Below are positions 63,401 through 64,000 of a stretch of 64,000 nt of DNA, one piece after another. The DNA lies in the NCBI GenBank assembly GCA_023248155.1, contig JAHFFE010000004.1, forward strand, positions 68,248 through 132,247, read 5' to 3'. The DNA comes from Candidatus Omnitrophota bacterium (GTDB lineage: Bacteria > Omnitrophota > Gorgyraeia > 1-14-0-20-64-10). The notes beneath the pieces are model-generated. The model made no database searches. It was not told the DNA's origin and saw only the letters and a list, made by a program, of their open reading frames with translations. Every line of letters begins with the position of its first letter. Within the stretch, counting starts at the first letter, position 1. A program made the translations under genes and the position numbers.

Positions 63401-64000
63401 ATTCTTCAGAAGCAAGGCGTGAAGGTTGTTTCTGTCCACGGCGTCGATGACAAAATAGGAACTGTGACTGCGATTCGAGTGAACGCCTCAAGCTTGGACC
63501 TGGATGATTTGAATGTCATCCAAAGCCTGCAAGCCACAGGAGTGAACGTGTCTTTAGTCCGTCTGCCCGCAGACACGCGTCTGGATATTAACATTCCGCC
63601 AAGCCTGGCGGGTCTCAACGACGCGCATCTGGCTGCGCTGGAAACGCTTCAGGGGCTTGGAGTGCCATATCAACTCAGCGGTGCTTCGGGCAGTGTGCAT
63701 TTGACGCTGACGACTATTCCACCCGGGTTAAACCTTGTCGAACTGTCTGAGGCCGGCTTGGATGTCCGCGTCAACCTGACAAAAATTCCTGACAAAAGCC
63801 AATGGAGTGATCAGACAGCGAAGGCGTTTAAAGCGGCCGGTGGAAAACTGATTGTGAATCTCGGCTCTTTGAATGGTGTGTCGCTTGCTGATTTGCGTGA
63901 CTTTGCCGCTCGTGATGCCGGAACAATCAATTTGAATCTGATTCAGATTGACGCAAGCTCTTTTGTTGCGCTGGCAGATCTTTCGGGAACAAAAAATATT
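2..64000 (+). CDS. Giant multidomain protein, partial at both ends (>21,333 aa); putative surface adhesin/membrane-associated protein with a SecA-like ATPase domain
   Basis: Frame +2 reads DFDLIADGNAHEYILSMNDSELWNGTITGLKIVP at the start and SSFVALADLSGTKNI at 64000. Every segment I translated is stop-free and protein-like. All + ORFs in the track start in frames +1 or +3, none in +2, consistent with no stop in +2. Confidence 0.95.
1262..1615 (+). other. Domain: CBM-like beta-sandwich
   Basis: YYNIMLRAQ..LAVAVDGDDRGIVIIP..LMANGAHTISLRWLNP..SLAIDRLRV follows the 'VDG..GxHTIxL..IDxL' pattern of CBM-like folds. Confidence 0.5.
1784..2068 (+). other. Domain: ILEI/PANDER (GG-type lectin)-like
   Basis: WAEVDENTGAIL..AQFLLDVETLPEGRILAAASWDG..LARALERLGSKLIRSM..EWAFAGVKG..SEQ matches the ILEI pattern (lP.G.iv..a..D..al..lGs..i..WafiG.Kg..E). 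Confidence 0.7.
2519..2860 (+). other. Domain: CBM6/CBM35-like beta-sandwich
   Basis: VYAVEVPEDGLYSVGLAARN..VDVYVDD..DLDLTAGAHTIHFYV. Confidence 0.55.
4060..4878 (+). repeat. Three tandem ~90 aa beta-domain repeats
   Basis: Units begin SGVFTVPGDQNYTW, TGNFTAPDGTAYLW and SGSFISAVDDERYIW, and end NTLTLTP, GKLRFDP and NRMTLAP. Confidence 0.55.
8315..9245 (+). repeat. Dockerin/EF-hand-like Ca2+-binding loop cluster 1 (~10 copies)
   Basis: ADLDQNGEFNAED, DINGDGLVDQQD, DVNHDRKIDYRD, DINRDGL, DVNNDGLVTHED, DINGDGKLDD, DVNRNGKVDDKD, DYDASGLFDYGD, DINNDGRVDDRD, DVNEDGRIDSKD. Confidence 0.85.
10880..11440 (+). other. Domain: DUF1080/concanavalin A-like (LamG-type) beta-sandwich
   Basis: GWAPETGSWRI..TDFTLSVDL..GSVLFNVMDRDNAY..YRMQIRVESGKITLAMNDQPLLEAQDHYFTGGAVAL..VQFDNIVL. 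Confidence 0.75.
11648..11770 (+). other. Gly-rich flexible linker
   Basis: GGTAGLGASGGEGEGSFAGGESAGGGAGMPAGGETGAGSGT. Confidence 0.8.
11852..13819 (+). repeat. Dockerin/EF-hand-like Ca2+-binding loop cluster 2 (~20 copies)
   Basis: DITGDGRGDIAD, DVTGDGKVTDAD, DVTQDGVTDYRD, DLNHNGALDAAD, DIDQDGLITPAD, DLTNDGVVDGSD, DINRDGITDSRD, DVNGDGLIDEKD, DLNQDGKVDDSD, DVNADGAVNQTD and others through DITGDRMVNALD, each followed by a short helix. Confidence 0.88.
14282..14323. repeat. In-frame palindromic (REP-like) element, copy 1
   Basis: CAGGGACAGGTCC (14282-14294), a 16 nt loop, then GGACCTGTCCCTG (14311-14323): a perfect 13 bp inverted repeat encoding QGQVQPGTQPDLSL. Confidence 0.85.
14816..14935 (+). 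other. DUF4214-like motif 1
   Basis: LVTQLARSNLGREPTPDEIRAAVAGLAAGETLEQTAGRLL resembles the LGR.P pattern of DUF4214/S-layer-associated domains. Confidence 0.45.
15932..15959. repeat. Perfect 24 bp palindrome, GTAG-type REP-like
   Basis: AGTGGCAATTCATGAATTGCCACT (15934-15957) is self-complementary. The minus strand reads GTAGTGGCAATTCATGAATTGCCACTCC. It encodes GVAIHELPL. Confidence 0.8.
16280..16360. repeat. In-frame palindromic element, copy 2, with a 39 bp-offset partial duplicate
   Basis: CAGGGACAAGTCC at 16280; CAGGGAGAGGTCC at 16319-16331, a 16 nt loop, then GGACCTGTCCCTG at 16348-16360. It encodes QGQVQLAAQVPGTQGEVQLAAQMDLSL. Confidence 0.82.
16766..16804. repeat. In-frame palindromic element, copy 3
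   Basis: AGGGACAGGTCC (16767-16778), a 13 nt loop, then GGACCTGTCCCT (16792-16803). It encodes QGQVQTTQQDLSL. Confidence 0.85.
17573..17597 (+). repeat. GTAG-family REP-like hairpin
   Basis: GTAG-GGGCGG-GTTCTAAAA-CCGCCC: a GTAG tetramer directly followed by a GC-rich stem. It encodes VGAGSKTA. Confidence 0.65.
21600..23820 (+). other. Ala/Ser/Thr-rich, low-charge helical region
   Basis: AILAALVLGLLAASVEE, SVTTAAALAVLAAAYS, AATALSMIAAAAM; few charged residues over ~740 aa. Confidence 0.6.
23846..23980 (+). other. DUF4214-like motif 2
   Basis: VYEAYRDVLGRDPKGEEL..LAGKLTTADLKVRLLGSEEY shows the Y..vLGR.P..S.EY pattern. Confidence 0.6.
24161..24565 (+). other. Domain: peptidase C39-like, catalytically degenerate
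   Basis: QSLHFGISAFTAL..LSAFALQNTAAHAGLELYGRRMTAEELPALKLPAIIHLDGDHFAVLEKADAENVTVRE..LSVAEFVKHWDGFVM. The C-terminal half is typical C39. His is kept at 24446, there is no Cys in the domain, and the catalytic DP is replaced by EY. Confidence 0.8.
24213..24240 (+). repeat. Heptamer tandem repeat (4 copies)
   Basis: CTCAAGA CTCACGA CTCAAGA CTCTCGA, encoding part of SQDSRLKTLD. Confidence 0.75.
25445..25760 (+). repeat. Dockerin/EF-hand-like cluster 3 (4 copies)
   Basis: ADVNRDGSVTAAD, DINLDGVVDLLD, GDVDADSQLDSDD, NVDQDPAGLVDSSD. Single copies also occur at ~431, 1136, 2396, 2876, 11534, 27257 and 33575. Confidence 0.8.
45101..45915 (+). repeat. Tandem duplicated 146 aa module with a Cys pair and Asp/Asn-rich Ca2+-binding (TSP3-like) repeats
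   Basis: TTCACCTGGGGCCAGGAYTTC occurs at 45101 and 45539 (438 bp period). FTWGQDF..FKCHIN(A/V)AGGCDV is followed by EDRDGDGLLDGSEDANGNNVLDPGED in copy 1 and DLLDPSEDINNNGILDLGED in copy 2. Confidence 0.85.
46016..46200 (+). other. YD/Rhs-like short segment
   Basis: GTTSYTDSEGRRLKAVDAFGNVTRYFY..YVLDANNNIT resembles one to two YD repeats. Confidence 0.4.
55202..56930 (+). other. Domain: multi-helix hydrophobic (membrane-spanning or pore-forming) segment, Gly/Ala/Phe-rich
   Basis: GTILAWTLGLGLLALAAFFLVPLAGAFIAAGGILWGIFAAGAVLFAGTAFVAAVAGLWMG is ~60 uncharged residues. It is followed by further hydrophobic helices such as FLIEAAISVFAGAAAQLFFFMW, GFLFFIVMSALFG and LNGFLIGNLFTIFG. Confidence 0.85.
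59190..61165 (+). other. Domain: SecA-like DEAD-motor (SF2) ATPase
   Basis: Motifs in SecA order: Walker A QLGTAGGKT (59246-59272; SecA EMRTGEGKT); LLIDEVD (DEVD 59768-59779; SecA IVDEVD); VTVSVADAFRELRK..IRGFSGNA (~60370-60454; SecA ASITFQNYFRLY.KLAGMTGTA); SMPATRGTD (RGTD 61028-61039; SecA TNMAGRGTD); QALGRDRG (61136-61159; SecA QLRGRSGRQG). Confidence 0.85.

Noticed and set aside
2-64000. NRPS/PKS or classic RTX/Ig-repeat adhesin as the explanation for the gene length
   Set aside because: I saw no adenylation, condensation, KS or carrier-protein motifs, no GGxGxD nonapeptide arrays and no near-identical tandem Ig repeats.
2-64000. Stop-codon reassignment producing an artificially long frame
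   Set aside because: The segments I translated contain no TAA, TAG or TGA in +2 under the standard code, so no recoding is needed.

Overview
The whole 64 kb window is the interior of one giant protein-coding gene on the + strand. Frame +2 (positions 2-64000, 21,333 codons) is open at both window edges. The supplied ORF track lists no +2 ORF, which is expected when a frame has no stop codon, and its short ORFs are shadow or overlapping frames. Manual translation gives this N-to-C order: CBM-like and ILEI/GG-lectin-like beta-sandwiches; about 10 kb of beta-hairpin repeats; about 40 dockerin/EF-hand-like Ca2+ loops; a DUF1080/ConA-like domain; a long helical stalk with DUF4214-like motifs; a catalytically degenerate C39-like domain followed by a double-glycine-leader-like motif; more coiled coil with inserted beta domains and paired cysteines; a duplicated Ca2+-binding module; a YD-like segment; an ~580 aa multi-helix hydrophobic segment; and a SecA-like DEAD ATPase with all main motifs in order. 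REP-like palindromes and a heptamer repeat are embedded in-frame in the coding sequence. The architecture resembles giant proteins reported from predatory or host-dependent Ca. Omnitrophota (inference; taxonomy not determined). No RNA genes, intergenic DNA, CRISPR arrays or transposases were seen. All domain calls are by-eye motif recognition, not HMM results.
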